64,000 nt of DNA, from positions 11,098,001 to 11,162,000 of the forward strand of contig CM022667.1 of NCBI GenBank assembly GCA_012295275.1, in the 5' to 3' direction. The notes under the pieces were generated by a model. That model saw only the letters and a program-made list of their open reading frames with translations, was not told the origin of the DNA and searched no databases. A program made the position numbers and the translations under genes. The DNA is from Chrysomallon squamiferum. Its lineage: Eukaryota > Animalia > Mollusca. Of the stretch, positions 16,687 through 32,388 are shown in pieces (position 1 is the stretch's first letter; each line of letters begins with the position of its first letter).

Positions 16687-16929
16687 TTATCAAGCGGCAG
16701 TTTTCTTACTGAACATATGTAAGTGAAATTATTTAATATTTAGAAGAACAGATGAATAAGTCTTAATTAATGCAGACATGGTAACCTTCTCATTAAACAG
16801 ACGAAAATGAAATTATAAACTTTTTAAAAACAACAAATGAATTGCTAAACACAAACACCTTGATAAATGTGGCCGAATTCTTTTTGAATGTTTCAGTAAA
16901 TAGCGCAATATTTGAACTTTGATGGATTG

Positions 16930-16962
<33 letters not shown>

Positions 16963-17045
16963 AAAACAAAAGAAAAAAAGAAAAGATAGAAAAGAAAAGA
17001 AAAGAAAAGAAATGAACAAAAATTTAAAAAAATCATTATTAGAAA

Positions 17046-17112
<67 letters not shown>

Positions 17113-17987
17113 TTATTTATCTATATTTATATGTAAACATCTTAAGAGTTGACTAACCTGCGATTCAGTTTCTCTAAATTTCGTCAGTCAAAAGTCACAG
17201 CTGAATTGCAGTTTAATAAATTTACCGGAGTAAAATTTTCTTAACAACGAACAATGTAATTTATTAATACTGCTACCTCCACGACGCCACTGTTGTGAAC
17301 AGCTGAACCAACGTGACATTTACGAACTACAACGTCCCATAGGGAACTTTTTTTCAGTTTTGAGATGCGTATATGGTGGTGTTTTTTTTGTTATGTTTTA
17401 TTTATGTTTTTTATTTTCTTATGTATCATTTCACATTACCAGATAAACAAGATCCTGATTTATTACAGATTGGAGAGATACAAACAATTCATACTCTAGA
17501 AAAGAAAAGACGATTTTTTTGTTTGTGTGTGTTGTTGAAAAAAAAAGAGGAACATTTTTATGACGTCGATAAAACTCGAAGAATTCTAGTTAACAGAAAT
17601 CAGAACTTGTGTTGTGCTAATGTTCAAACAGGGATTTAAAAATTGGCTTCGCAAGCTTTTTTTTTTTTTTTTTTTTTTGTCGCGTTGGAATAAAGAAAAC
17701 CAAGTCTTTATTTGCCCAAAGACATAAAAACTACGACTTTATGTGTCTGTTTTCTTAAAGTTTGTTCTGTCTTCATTTAATTACGTTTTGCGGAGTAGCG
17801 AGGACAAAAGAGAAAGTATTTAAGAAAATTCAGTTCAGGAGATATATATGACTGAACGAGTTAGTTTTTATGTCTGCTTTTGATGTTTCTGTGTCTGTCG
17901 ACAAAAAGACACTGTCCGATTGAGGTCAGTGTAATTATATCAGTTAATATATACATGTACACGTATGAGAATTTCTACAGCTATAAA

Positions 17988-17994
<7 letters not shown>

Positions 17995-18039
<45 letters not shown>

Positions 18040-18299
18040 TAGATAGAAGAAGATAAATGGACAAGAGAAATGGACATATACACTCACACAACCACACACA
18101 CACACACATACATACATACATACATATATACATACAAAGATACATACATATATACAAACATACATACATATATATACATACAAACTTACATACATACATA
18201 CAGACACACATACATACATACATATATATACAAACACATATATATGTACACAAACATACATACATACAAACATACATACATACATATATATATGTGTGT

Positions 18300-18388
<89 letters not shown>

Positions 18389-18390
18389 TA
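17995..18390. repeat. (TA)n/(CA)n/(TACA)n low-complexity block
   Basis: Read directly from sequence. Confidence 0.95.
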
Positions 18391-18615
18391 CAAATATATA
18401 GAAAGATTATAAATATATAAATATATAGAAAGATTATAGATAGATGGATATATTATTATTATTATTATTATTATTAGTGGTAGTCGTAGTAGTCTTAGTA
18501 TTACCAGAAGTAGTAGTACTAGTAGTAGTATGATGATGATGATTATATTTAAAAAAAAGAAACATAAATACCTATACCGATATGTAAATAATAATACAAA
18601 TATGTGCAAATATGT

Positions 18616-18653
<38 letters not shown>

Positions 18654-19043
18654 ATATATGTAAAGATGTCTATTTACCTTAACGAACTACGTAACAAATT
18701 TCTGCCAGAAATAGAAAATTCTCCTTCTAACACAAATCTACTTAAATCTAGCGTGCAGACCCTCTACAGACTTTGTCAGAACAAGACATAAACCATCGCA
18801 ATTATCTTGTTACGTTTTGACCTGAAAACACACACAAATTGCACTTTTCCTTTTCGCCTCTTGTGTTCTTCATTTATTTAATTACTCTTAATTTCCCGAT
18901 CTAGGAAGTGGACCAGTTTTGAGGACAACACGCGACAGTATTAAAGTTTAATTAGATAAGTGTGTAAAGAGGAACGCCATTATGTTCAATCATCTTTTGA
19001 GTGCCTTCTTCTGTGACCCAGATAAAATCTAAAATTGGCGTGA

Positions 19044-19076
<33 letters not shown>

Positions 19077-19139
19077 GTATTGTTATGAGTAAAAGTTCAG
19101 ATTTATGTTTAGTATTAGTACCATTTTCATTAATTGTTA

Positions 19140-19195
19140 TTAATTTATTTATTATTAATTTATTTATTATTACTATTATTACTATTATGATTATG

Positions 19196-19261
<66 letters not shown>

Positions 19262-19434
19262 TGTTGTTGTTGTTGTTGTTGTTGTTTTGTTTTTTGTTGT
19301 GTTTTTTTTTTCTTTTTAAAGTCAGGTTTTCTGTGAATTAACACTGAAAAATGTCATGAAGTCTTATTTTTTCGATTTTTTGTTTTAAAGGAAAAATAAA
19401 GGCATAATTTATGTACTTGGAATAAATACGCATC

Positions 19435-19491
<57 letters not shown>

Positions 19492-19510
19492 TTAATAATA
19501 ATAATAATGT
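19140..19510. repeat. (ATT)n(GTT)n tract and oppositely oriented (AAT)n tract
   Basis: Read directly from sequence. Confidence 0.95.
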
Positions 19511-20036
19511 TGATGATGATAACGACGACAACAATGATGATAATGACGACGACAATGACGATAATGAGAATAACCAAAAAAAAGTCACTAATTGAGACAA
19601 AAATATTTTAAAAAAAAAAAAAAAAAACCAGTATACAAAAACATAAAATATCGCATACACAGCCGACATAATCGAAATACCAACACCAACACCAACAACA
19701 ACGACAGCAGCAGCAGCAACAAATTAAGAACTAAATAACATGTATTCGCTCAATACTATCATTCCGACTGACTTTAAAAGTTATGTGTAATGATTTCCTA
19801 ATTACCACTGGGTTATTGACATGCTCAGTATTTCTGTCTTGACATTTAATTTGCTTAAAGAACAGAAGAAAAAAGTTTTAAAATATCAGAGAATATAAAT
19901 ACGGACGCATCAGAAGATGGGTCCATAAAATGTGTTTCAAAGTTCTGAGAATAAAATAAAATAAAATAAAATAAAATAAAATAAAATAAAATAAAATAAT
20001 AAAAAATAAAAAAAAAATAAATAAATAAATAAAAAA

Positions 20037-20083
<47 letters not shown>

Positions 20084-20225
20084 ATCAACTAACAAACAAA
20101 TAAATAAAGAAATATCACTTTTTTTCATTTATTTTATAATTACTGAAACTTTTTTTTATTGTTTTATTTTATTAGTCAAATTGAAATAAATAATTTTACT
20201 GTCACTGAAAAAACAAGAGTGAGTA

Positions 20226-20340
<115 letters not shown>

Positions 20341-20893
20341 CACAGATACTTCTCTGTGGCCAGTTTACTATATTCTGAGGCAGAAAAATCGATGATAATA
20401 ATTGTTTGACATCACTCTATTAACAAAACTGTAACGGAAATTGTCGAACTCTTCCGTGCGTTTCCGATGTCACGAGTGTTTTACACTGAAACACATTTCA
20501 GGTTTGACAAAGGTTTCGTATTAATAGGTTAATTACGGACACCAGTCACGAATCTAAACCATAGAAAAGATTTTCGAACCTGACTCTTTACCGTTACCCT
20601 AAATAAAACAGTATAAGCAAACAAAAAGTTCAGCCATTATGTTAGGAATTCCAAATACAATTTTTTTTTTTTTTTTTTTTATCTGTTCCTGTGGCAAGAT
20701 GACAAATTGTGTTCAGTTTGAAGATTTACTTTTTCTAATTTGAACAACGTTTGTTTGTAATTGTAGCTTGCGATGGTGTATTTTAAAATCGTAATGTTTT
20801 CCTTAAATTTGTTTTAGGCCATGATTAAAAAGAGTAAAAAAAATGTTTAATAAATAAATTATTCATTTATTTTGTTAAGGAAACACACATACA

Positions 20894-21008
<115 letters not shown>

Positions 21009-21831
21009 AGCTAATATGTACCTTGATTGATGTTTTTCTTGCATTCGTATTTTCTTCTTTTAGTTGTTGTTACTGCGATTGTATCAAACAAATGAATAAA
21101 AACAACAAAAAACAAAAAACACACACACATCCATGTACAGAGAAAAGAAAAAAAAAAAGAAAAAAAAAGGAACTCCCTTTTCCATGAAATTAGCAGTGGC
21201 CCAAAGTAGTAACTGATTTATGACCTTTAGTACGGTAAAGAGAAAACATAAACATCACGAAAGTTCTAGAAGCCATGATGGCAGACATAAACTCGTGTCC
21301 CAATTAAAAACCTCCTGTGTTAAGAGACGAAGAAATCCTTTTGTTAACGTCAGTTTCTGATTTTCATCGGAAGTGACAAAATAGGAAAACTGAATGGAAA
21401 TGGCTGAAATCGGTATTAAATAACGTAGCCGTCTATTTTTGGGGTCTTTTCGGCTTAATGCCAAGGCCAAATATGTCGTAAACAAGAACATGCCGTTCTT
21501 CACTGACGGGTCGAAAATAATTAAGTGTGTTGTGAGACCGCGAACAAATTATTTCATAACGAATGCAAGATTGTGAAGCAGTTAAATTATCTTTCACGTT
21601 TGATTTCGTAGCTGAATGACGAAATACAAATATCTCTTCTGCATATTGTAATTTTTGGTTTTTTGGACATTTTTCCTAACTTTACTTTCGTCTTTCTTTC
21701 TTTCTTTCTTTCTTGCTATATATATATACAGCTCTGTCTTTGTCCTTCAGATCTTCTCTCACTTCCTTTCTGCGTGTTAATAGTAGTAGTACTAGATCTA
21801 GTAATAGTAGTAATAGTGGTAGTAGTAATTA

Positions 21832-21868
<37 letters not shown>

Positions 21869-22516
21869 TGTAATAGCAGCAGCAAAGAAATCAAGTCTCA
21901 CCCCAACGTCCGATAGGGTGATGACTTCTGTTAAATCAATATATTACGTAAATCAGATTTTAGGATTACTAATGCTTCAAAACTCAACAATAGACGCTGA
22001 TTATACGTCAAGACAAACAAGGCCCTTAAATCCATTATTTTCATTAATATGTCAGTCTGGTTTGTATGTTTCATTCAGTGACAATAAAATTGATAAATCA
22101 GAAAGTGTTACGAAATCGAGACATGTATTATATATATGAATATTGAAATGAGAAAACGATGTTTGGTTTGACTGTGTATGAAGTGTCCTGAAGGAAAAAG
22201 GTCAAAGGTTAATGACCTGATGAATAAAAGAACGCATGAGTCGATCGTTTTCAAAGCAATGAAATAAATAAAAATAAAATAAAATAAAATAAAATAAAAT
22301 AAAATAAAATAAAATAAATAAATAACATCTGTTGCAGTATATAACTAAAGTTATTGAACAAATGCAGATAAAATTTTTATTATTTTCAAAAATATTCTTT
22401 TCTAGATGTCTTTTAAGTCCTGTAGAAGTAATACCAATTAAATTTCTGTATAATTATAAACAAACGTATGCCAATCAGTTGTTAGGTCTAGTTACTATTG
22501 TTATTATTATTATTAT

Positions 22517-22548
<32 letters not shown>

Positions 22549-22762
22549 TTTTGAAATCTCTATTTTTAAATATCTTGTAACTGTTTCTACGCTGACATTT
22601 CAGTGATATGATATTAAAAAAGAAATATTAGTTTTCTGAATTAATACGGGCTTTGATAAACACCAAATACAAAATTCCCCAGAATGCGGGATTTGTTATA
22701 ATTATACTTTTTTCTACACAAAATGTGTGTCTAATTTCTTCTTCTTCTTCTTCTTCTTCTTC

Positions 22763-22818
<56 letters not shown>

Positions 22819-23484
22819 GTTGTTGTTGTTGTTGTTATTGTTATTGTTGTTGTTGTTGTTGTTGTTATTGTTTTTGTTGTTTTAATCTTTTTGCTGTTGT
22901 TGCTATTATTGCAGTGTATCTATAAATCTGTATATATATATTTATTTATTTATTTATTACTTGTTTATTACTCTACTGTTATTATATATTAATACGAATC
23001 ACTGCAAAATACACGTAGAAACTGAAAATGAAATCATATTAAAAATTGCGTATAGAATTTTTGGTCATGTGCAAACAGCAAGACACGTGTGTACAGCTGA
23101 TTGGTCGCAATAATGATATTGTGCATCGAGCGAAATGATTGGCCCAGAGGATATGTCTGCAAGACTTATATTGGCTACTTGTAAGGTCTTCAGTATCTAC
23201 AAGCGTCTGATATGTTTTCGCGATGAAATAAAAACCGTAATATCTATTTATGCTTGATATACCCAATAATATGCTTGTCGCGTCTCAAGTGCAATTTGAA
23301 ATGATCGTTTTTTTTTATGGAATTTTTTTTTCTCATCTCTTTTAATTTAAATCAAAGAACTGATATCGAAAAAAAAATGTCATATTTTCATTGGTGGCTG
23401 CTCTTTAGTAAAATATTTGTCTGACATATAAGTCAGTGAAGAAGGTTTTTTTTTGTTCTTGTTAAAGAAGGATTTGATTATATA

Positions 23485-23520
<36 letters not shown>

Positions 23521-23596
23521 TGTATGTATCTTTTAACCCCTTACTAAAAGGCCTGACTAAAATCACGTTTTTTTGTAGATCATTTTGACGCATTAA

Positions 23597-23638
<42 letters not shown>

Positions 23639-25689
23639 AATAAATAAAATAAATAAATAAATAAAGTCTTTTATGCTTTTTCAACCTTTAAAATACCTAG
23701 AAAATAAGTTAAATATGTTTACATTTAGTGAAGAAAAAAAAGAAGAAAAAAAAAAGGGAGCAGTATCTGTCTTGAATTAACAATAATGAAACCAGTTTCA
23801 AGCGTTTACTTACATTATACAGTTAACACTGTAACACATCAGGAACTTATTAACCTTAAAACAAACAGTACTGTACACAACGTACGGTCGCATTCTGAAT
23901 TTAATTCCACTAAGTGAAATATTCTGCTTTTAATTACGACAAACATTTTGGTACAAAACCAAAAAAAAAAAAAAAAAAAAATCTCAACAAAGAATAGATG
24001 TTTGATCAGAACCAGATTATTACAGTTCACATGACTGAGGTGTGTAGGATAATACGATCGAGTCTCCACAGAGGAAACATTAGATTTTTTTTTTTTTTTT
24101 TTTTTTGGCTCGGTTCATTCTTTCTTGACCGTTTCTTATAAAATGTTTTGGTTTGTGTTCTCTTAAGGATATTTTTTGGTGGATGAAAAGTGATCTTGTG
24201 TTGTAAAAGCGGGTTCCCTTTGTTACAGCATCATTATACAAGATGTGTATTTACAGGTGTATTTCAACTTGTAGGTGTTAAAATTGAAATATGATTGGAT
24301 CTAACACGATAGTAATATGTACAAAAAATTAAATTATTAATAATAATAAAATAAAATACAATAATAAATAAAAATAAAATAAAATGATAATAATAATAAT
24401 AATAAAGTAAAATAAAATAAAATAAAATAAAATAAATAAATAAATAAATAAATAAATAAACAAACAAACAAACAAACAAACAAACAAACAAACAAATAAA
24501 TTCAAATAAAATGGAAAAAATTAATTTCACAGAAACCAGTTCTTCGAAAACTAGATATCTCTTTTTTCATTTCTTTTCTTTCTATTTCATTTTGCTCTCC
24601 TTTTGTTTTTGTTATCTCCTTTAATTCATTATTTCATTTATTCTGTCATTCTTTCATTCACAATTTCATCCACTCTTCCTTTCGTCCGTAGCGTACGCAG
24701 TTCCACAGGTCAACTCCATCAAAGAAACTATTTTTAACCAATGGAAACGAATGTCTTACAAAACGTACGCTAACAAGCAGAGCCAATGAAATACAGCTTA
24801 ACAAATCAGAGCGCTTCAGAGCCGAAATGAACGCTGGGATAAACAAAAGGTTTTATTTTTTATTCCCGTAGATTTACATGTAACAGCGGAAAGAGAGAGA
24901 GTTCCCTTCAAGTTGAATTTTCTAAATCTCCTTTTGATTGTTGTATACGCTTTTATGTTTTTCGTTAGTCTTTCCAAAACCTCCTATTGATTGTTTCGAA
25001 GCAGTGATATAATAATGTCAATTTATGATAATGAAATGTTTTCGTAAACAATTCTTTCTTTCTTTATTTCTTTAATTATTATTATTATTATTATTGTTGT
25101 TGTTGTTGTTATGTATCCAGTATGTTTCTTTTACGTAAGACCCTTGTGTGAAAATACTTTCAAAATGTTACGGGGTTAGTACAGGCTATACACACTAACG
25201 TAATACAACACAAGTAGTTTCGTTAACAAGTTAATATCATTACGTAATAATCTGTATGACGTAATAATCAAAACAAACAATACGATAACAAGGGGAGTTT
25301 GTTTTTAAATTCTAATCCTTTTCAGCTGAAAACAAACTATAGTAGTAACTGAAACAACAAGACGGCGGAACCCCCACCCCCCGGAAAAAACAGCAAAAAA
25401 CAACAACATCAACAACAAATAAATGAAATGATGGAATGAAAGAAAGGGTGAAAAATAAACGAAAGTAAATAGTATAGTCATTAACAAGTATATAAATTTG
25501 CAAATAAAGAAAGAAAGAAAATATGAAGAAGGAAATAAAAAGAATTACATAACCAAGAAAGAAACATCGAACAATAAGATAAGAGAAGTCCATAAATAAA
25601 TAGTTTTAAAATACCTGTAAAATTATAAAACTATTTATTTTTATTCTGGGTTTTACTTTTATAATTATTATTAATTTTTTTAAATTTCT

Positions 25690-25725
<36 letters not shown>

Positions 25726-26539
25726 TTATTATTAATTTGTTTCTACAAAAAAAAAAAAAGAAGAAAAAAAGAAACTCTTTTACTAACTGAAGTTTCAATT
25801 AACTAGCTTCAGTAAGAAAATCGATTCTGGAGGTAGTTTTAAAACAACCACGAAAGTTGAAATGAAAATAGATACGTATTGTTCATCACGATCACTGGTA
25901 AAAAGTAATTACATCATCAGGGCGCCATCACATTTAACTTTTGATTTGTTAACTAAAGAAACGTACATAATGTCGCCAGGATATTACTTTCTAGAGAAAT
26001 TAGAATATAATCATGTTGTTGAAACTTTATATATATGCAAGAAGCAGTGATAGAGAGAGTCAAGAATGGAATGGATATTAGACACACACACGCACACAGA
26101 CAGGGACACAGATATTAGATATGTAGACAGAAGGATGCTTAGACTGACAGACGGAGGATAGACAGACACAGAGGCAGACATACAGACAAACAGATGAAAA
26201 GAAATAGACAGACACACAGTAATATGTAATGCGCACTTCTCAAATTAAGATTTCCAGGAGTCCGTTCTGTTGGACGTCTGTGCAGCCTAAAGCATCGACT
26301 TATTGAACGGACGAGTTATTAAAGTGAAGAAAGCAAACAGAAAACATCAATAAAGGATTACGTAAAGAAAAAAAAAAAAAAATGAAGGGTTTTGCAAGGA
26401 AAAAAAAAAACTTTGATTTTTAATCTGAATTTCGATGAAGACTTTTAAAAGTGATCATCGTGGACTAGAGTTAATTTTGTATTTTTTTTTTTTACATCGT
26501 AATTTATGTAATAGTGTCCTGTAAATAATGCTTGATCAA

Positions 26540-26620
<81 letters not shown>

Positions 26621-26948
26621 AAGAAGAAGAAAATAATGTTGGATTTTCTAATGATAACAAAGATCAAGAAATATCGGAGAGTTCAATAGCTGAAATAAAA
26701 CAAAAGAAAAGTAAAATACAAAACAAACAAACAAACAAACAAACAAATAAAAAAGCGAATAAAGAAATAAAATAACAAACAAAATGTAGTCTCGTTAAAT
26801 AAAGCAAACTATAATTTGATTCCATCAAACATTTGTGACATAGAAGCGAATGTATCTAGACATTTCTGTAGTTTGAAAATCTCACTGCTCTTTAATTAGT
26901 CTGACATTTTAACGCCACGAGGTTCACGGTTGTCTTTTCCTGGCACAG

Positions 26949-27128
26949 TGACGTCAGAACCATTCTCTGTAGATGTATTTCTGTTACTTCCCCTTTGTTC
27001 TTTTGTGTATGTCATTCCCTCCCACCAGCTCTCACACCCACAAAACCAGTCAAAGACATACACCCGTCTATTCACCATTCACATACAGTTGTTGTGCATA
27101 TGAAAGAAAAATAAAGCGATGACGTCAT
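26949..27128. promoter_or_regulatory. Two full CRE palindromes in a unique island
   Basis: TGACGTCA at 26949-26956 and ATGACGTCAT at 27119-27128. Confidence 0.4.
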
Positions 27129-27208
27129 GTCGTACCGTTACCAAGACAGTCTAGTCAAACCACCATTCACAGACAGATTATGGGCGTGTGTAATAAGGCT
27201 TGTAATTC

Positions 27209-27245
<37 letters not shown>

Positions 27246-27873
27246 GGTTTGTGTGTTCAAGGCGATGTTAATTTTAGGATTTTAGAGAATTAGAAGTAGT
27301 TGTAGCAACAGCAGCAGCAGCAATAGCAGTAGTAGTTGTTGTGGTAGAAGGAATAATAGCAAAAAATATAGTAGTAGTGTTAGTAGTAAAAGTACTAATA
27401 GAAGCAGAAAATAACTACTATTAGTACTATTGCCACTATTACTACTCGTAGATATAATCATAGTAGCAGAAGTAGACGCAGTGATTGTAGTAGAAGCAGT
27501 AGTAGAAACTGAAATAATTATAACCTCATACTTTCTCTGAGTTTAGAGGTACAACATTGTGACTGGTTTATCCAGGAACTAATTTATATATATATATACA
27601 TACATTGCTTTTAAGTGAAAAACCGTAGTCCTCTACATGGCGATAGGGATTTTTTAAACTTTCATTATTTGTATAACACTTACGGAAATATATATATCAT
27701 TGTATAATCGTAGACTATAAATGAATTCAGTACGATATTAAATCATAAAAACAAAATCCCTACCTTTACTTAAAGATTTAGTCAAATGCTGAATATCTGC
27801 TTATGTCCTTCCACTGGAATATATGCCTTTAAATTACTATAACGTAGAAGACAGACACAAACAAGCAGGCAGG

Positions 27874-27915
<42 letters not shown>

Positions 27916-28299
27916 GGCAGACACTCAGAAAAAAAAAAAGAGATGACATTAAGAGGGAGGAACAAACGCTATCATTTCTCTCCAATTTGTAATAGCATAT
28001 CAACTGCAAATCAGATTAAGGTAGTCATAACGAGGTTCTTTCGTGCACGCTAACTTTATTGAACTTTTAATAACACTCCCCTACACGTCGCGTTTGTCAA
28101 CTTCGTGTTTGTCAAATTGGCTTTATCAGGTTATTGCAGGTCGTAAGAAGAAATATTCAATAACGTCATTTTCCTTGATTTACATCATTCTTCGAGTTCT
28201 CTTCCTTTTCCTACCCCGGGGTTTAATGTAATAACACTGCATGCAATTTTATATTGATTTAACACTTCACTTTGTGAATTGCTGCTGTTGTTAGTGTTG

Positions 28300-28588
28300 C
28301 TGTTAGTGTTCTACTGCTACTACAACACCCTCAGTCACCGCTAATATCGATAATATCATTATTGCCGCTTCTCTGGTTATTGTAGCTGCTGTTGACAATA
28401 CAAATACTACCACTACTACTACCACCACCACCACCGTACGTATCACCACTAGTGCACGTACTACTATTACTTCTACTACTGCTACTACAACTATTACGAC
28501 CATTACCTCACCATATATATCACCATTACTACTACTGCTATTACCAACACTGCTCTACTAGTACTACCACTACTGCGACAACTACTAT

Positions 28589-28631
<43 letters not shown>

Positions 28632-29190
28632 GCTACTGCTTCTATCACATTTACCACGATAAGTATAAGCATTACTTCGACTACTGCTGTATCATACGTA
28701 TCACCACTGCTGGGATACTACTACTACTATCAACATTAGCAAGACCACTACTGCAACTACTACGACTATCAACACAACCATGCGCATCACCATTACTGCA
28801 ACTACTACTGCTCCACATTCTGTCATAAATATCACCACTACTGCTATCACCAACACCTTCAACATAAACATCAAACCTACTGCGACTGCCACTACTACCA
28901 ATACAACGATAAGTTTGACCACTAGTGCAACAACTACCACTGTCGCCACCATCATCAGTATGACCACCACTGCGACGACTACTACTACTACAACCGCCAT
29001 AGCAATCTCCACCATAACCTTAAGTATCACCACTACTGCAACTACTACTACAAACATCATAACTATAACCACCATAACTTTAAAATTCACCACTACACCG
29101 TCTACTACTACTGCTACCACCTTGTCCATTACTATGTCTACTACTACGACTTTTGGTATATACGTTTGATACTACTACTACTACAATCAT
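28300..29190. repeat. Degenerate (ACT/ACC)n trinucleotide array with internal duplications
   Basis: Persistent 3-bp periodicity; duplicated segments such as tacgtatcaccact and accactactgcgac/accaccactgcgac. Confidence 0.9.
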
Positions 29191-29492
29191 AACCAGTTAT
29201 GAACAAGACCTTTGCGCAGATTCGAGCTCAGAACTGATGGAACCAGTGACTTAACTAACTAAACTGCCATCTGGATTTGTTTATTGTATTTATTTTTGAT
29301 GATACTAAAAATAAACGTTGAAGTGATTATTATTTTCAAGGTCGACCATCAAGCTATGTTTTATACAGATAAGCATATGGTGCAAAGATCTGAGATTTTG
29401 GTTTTCATTTTATCTTACAAAACGATGATTTATTTTTTAGCTTTCAGCTTTACTGTGTGTGTGTATGATTATATATATATTTATATATCTAT

Positions 29493-29760
<268 letters not shown>

Positions 29761-30495
29761 TTAACTGCCATTCGTATCCTTTTTCTTTATTTCATTAATT
29801 CATTCGCTGATACATCCGTGTAAAGAAAAAAACTGGTCTATCTTTGTAACACGAAATTGTTCTTTTTTCCTCTTTATCACCAAAAAAGTTTAATAAATAA
29901 GTGGAAATTACTCGATAAAAAGAGTAATTTTCTAATTTTGTTTCCATGCAATGCGTAGAAAAAAAAAGGAAATAAAAAGATACAACAACAGGAAAATAAT
30001 TTGTAAACTGGGCATTTGACACAACAAATAAAACAGTGAAAGAAAAAATCAGGAACGAAAGAAAGAGATAAAAGGTAAAAAAAAGAAATATAGAGCGACA
30101 GAGTGAAACAGAACAAAAGAAAAGTATATATTGATGAATAGAAAGAAAGTGAGAGAGAGGGAGGGAGAGAGACTGAGGAGAGAGACTGAGAGAATGTCTG
30201 CGATAGATAGATAGACTGATAGCTACACAAGTAGATAGATAGACAGATAGACAGATAGATATATAGATAGATAGATAGACAGACATATAGACAGACAGAT
30301 AGATAGATAGAGAGATAGACAGACAGACAGACAGAGATAGATTATCAAACGTAGAGAGAAAAACGAGAGGGACAAAAATATAATCGTCAAAACAACCTGA
30401 ATATTTACATAAAAAGTTATTTAAAAAAAAAAAAATCTCTCAACCACCCACACAAAAAAAAAAAAAATAAAACAAAACAAAAAAAAAACGCTTAC

Positions 30496-30538
30496 CTTTG
30501 TCGAAACTGAACAAGATGGTAATCAACACTGGCAACAT
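30496..30538 (-). CDS. Candidate first coding exon MLPVLITILFSFDK (phase 1); in-frame upstream ATG at 30754 is an alternative start
   Basis: Kozak-like gccgtcATG, hydrophobic N-terminus, consensus donor AAG|gtaagc (30495-30490) followed by T-rich sequence; promoter-like island ~350-550 bp upstream; no homology recognised. Confidence 0.33.
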
Positions 30539-30879
30539 GACGGCGTGTAGAAGTTTTTTTTTTTTATTAGGTAATTCCTCTTTACAAAACAATTCTCTCT
30601 GTCCTCTGAGTCTGCTACGCCTTATTGCATCCTCCTTATTAAAACACGGAATCGCTTCTTCCTCTTCGGCATGCTTCTCCAGAAATCCACTTGTTGTTCC
30701 AGTCGTTCCGCCGAGAATAATGAAAACCTCTAATAAAACAAGACATCTCAACATGTACGTGAGGCTCGTTTCAAGGAATCACAAGTCGCTCAATAAATAA
30801 AAAACCCTCCAAAAAAAAAAAAAAAATATTAATAAATAAACAATCTGGAAATCGAAGATTCGTATCATAAAAATATCAC

Positions 30880-31165
30880 CGTGTATATAACCGATGACCA
30901 GCAATTGGCTCAATATTCTAAATAAAAGCTGGCTGTTACTTTACCAATAACAGATGGTAAATAACGCACGATACTCGTACAGACGTTCGGATAAGCGGAG
31001 GGCGCGAAGAGATCGTTTCAGCAGACGACAGTTAAGATTTAACAGACGACAGGGTCGGTTCCATCAGACGACAGAGGCGGGCGGGTTTGCAGTCAGGGCA
31101 GACATAGAACGAATCTCGTAGACAGTATTTCGAGGAGCTGGCCGAACTAGATTCTTCAGTGAAAG
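30880..31165. promoter_or_regulatory. Promoter-like CpG-rich island, possibly bidirectional
   Basis: TATATA ~30884-30889, ATTGG 30904, CCAAT 30944, three CAGACGACAG (31022, 31043, 31065), GGCGGGCGGG 31076-31085, TCAGT Inr-like ~31156. Confidence 0.5.
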
Positions 31166-31444
31166 TGTTTGAATAACACGTCGAGTTTTTGCCGAGTTGA
31201 ATGACACTTTGTTAATTTGGTGACCTGATTGAGAGAGAGAGAGAGAGAAAGAAAAACAGACGACGTTCTTAGAAATTAATGACTTTTAAGATTATTCTAT
31301 TCATAACTGAAGAGTCATTGTTACGAACAGAAATGGTGTTCGCAGTTAACAAGAAAATCAAATTTACCTAAGGGGCGATAATTATATCTTGTAACTTTGA
31401 AAATGGAAATAGTGTTATTCGTTTACAAAACAAAAGTACAACAA

Positions 31445-31446
<2 letters not shown>

Positions 31447-31511
<65 letters not shown>

Positions 31512-31741
31512 GCAACAACAACAACAACGACTACAACAACAACAACAACAACATCACTACAACAACAACAACAACAACAACAACAAAACAATAACAATAA
31601 CGACAACACCAAAACCGATACTAATTTACTGTAGTAGTAATAGTAGTAGAAGTAGTAGTAGTAGTAGTAGTAGTAATAATAATAGTAGTAATAATAATAA
31701 TGTTAATAGTAATAAAATTATAAGTTGTAATAGTAGTAGTG

Positions 31742-31772
<31 letters not shown>

Positions 31773-31919
31773 TAAAATGTTCAATGTAAAATTATAAAAC
31801 AACAACAACAAACAACAACAACACCACCAACAATAATAACAATAAAATAATGCTACAAAAACAACAACTACAACAACAATACTACTACTCCAGTGCTAAA
31901 AGAACTAAGAAGAAGAATA

Positions 31920-31953
<34 letters not shown>

Positions 31954-31970
31954 AAAAGAAGAAGAAATTA
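31447..31970. repeat. Compound (AAT)/(AAC)/(AGT)/(AAG) SSR block
   Basis: Read directly from sequence. Confidence 0.95.
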
Positions 31971-32284
31971 AATAAATATATAAATAGATAAATAACGGTT
32001 AGCAAAAAGATATGGTGGAAATGTGATCTCATTTGGATGCCCAAGAGGAATATAAGAAAACGTTTGATATATACCTATAACTGTAAACTAAACAGAACCG
32101 ATCTGGATAATGCGTTGAGCACGTGATAGATTTATTAAACTATAATTCAGCGTGCGTTGTTTTAGTGATAAACAAAATGACGAGACTAGGATATGTACCA
32201 TATATTTATTAGTTGTTTCCTGCAAAAAAGCGCACAAAAATCCCTGAAGAGAAAGAAGAGTTTAAATGTAAGACATTTCTTTGT

Positions 32285-32388
<104 letters not shown>

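Noticed and set aside
18678-18701. 24-nt minus-strand exon candidate as exon 2 for the 30.5-kb first exon
   Set aside because: Contains a stop codon in the required phase-1 frame
28392-29169. Thr-rich mucin-like ORFs
   Set aside because: Degenerate (ACT)n array is naturally stop-poor on both strands, is interrupted by stops and lacks clear splice signals; similar arrays occur elsewhere in the window
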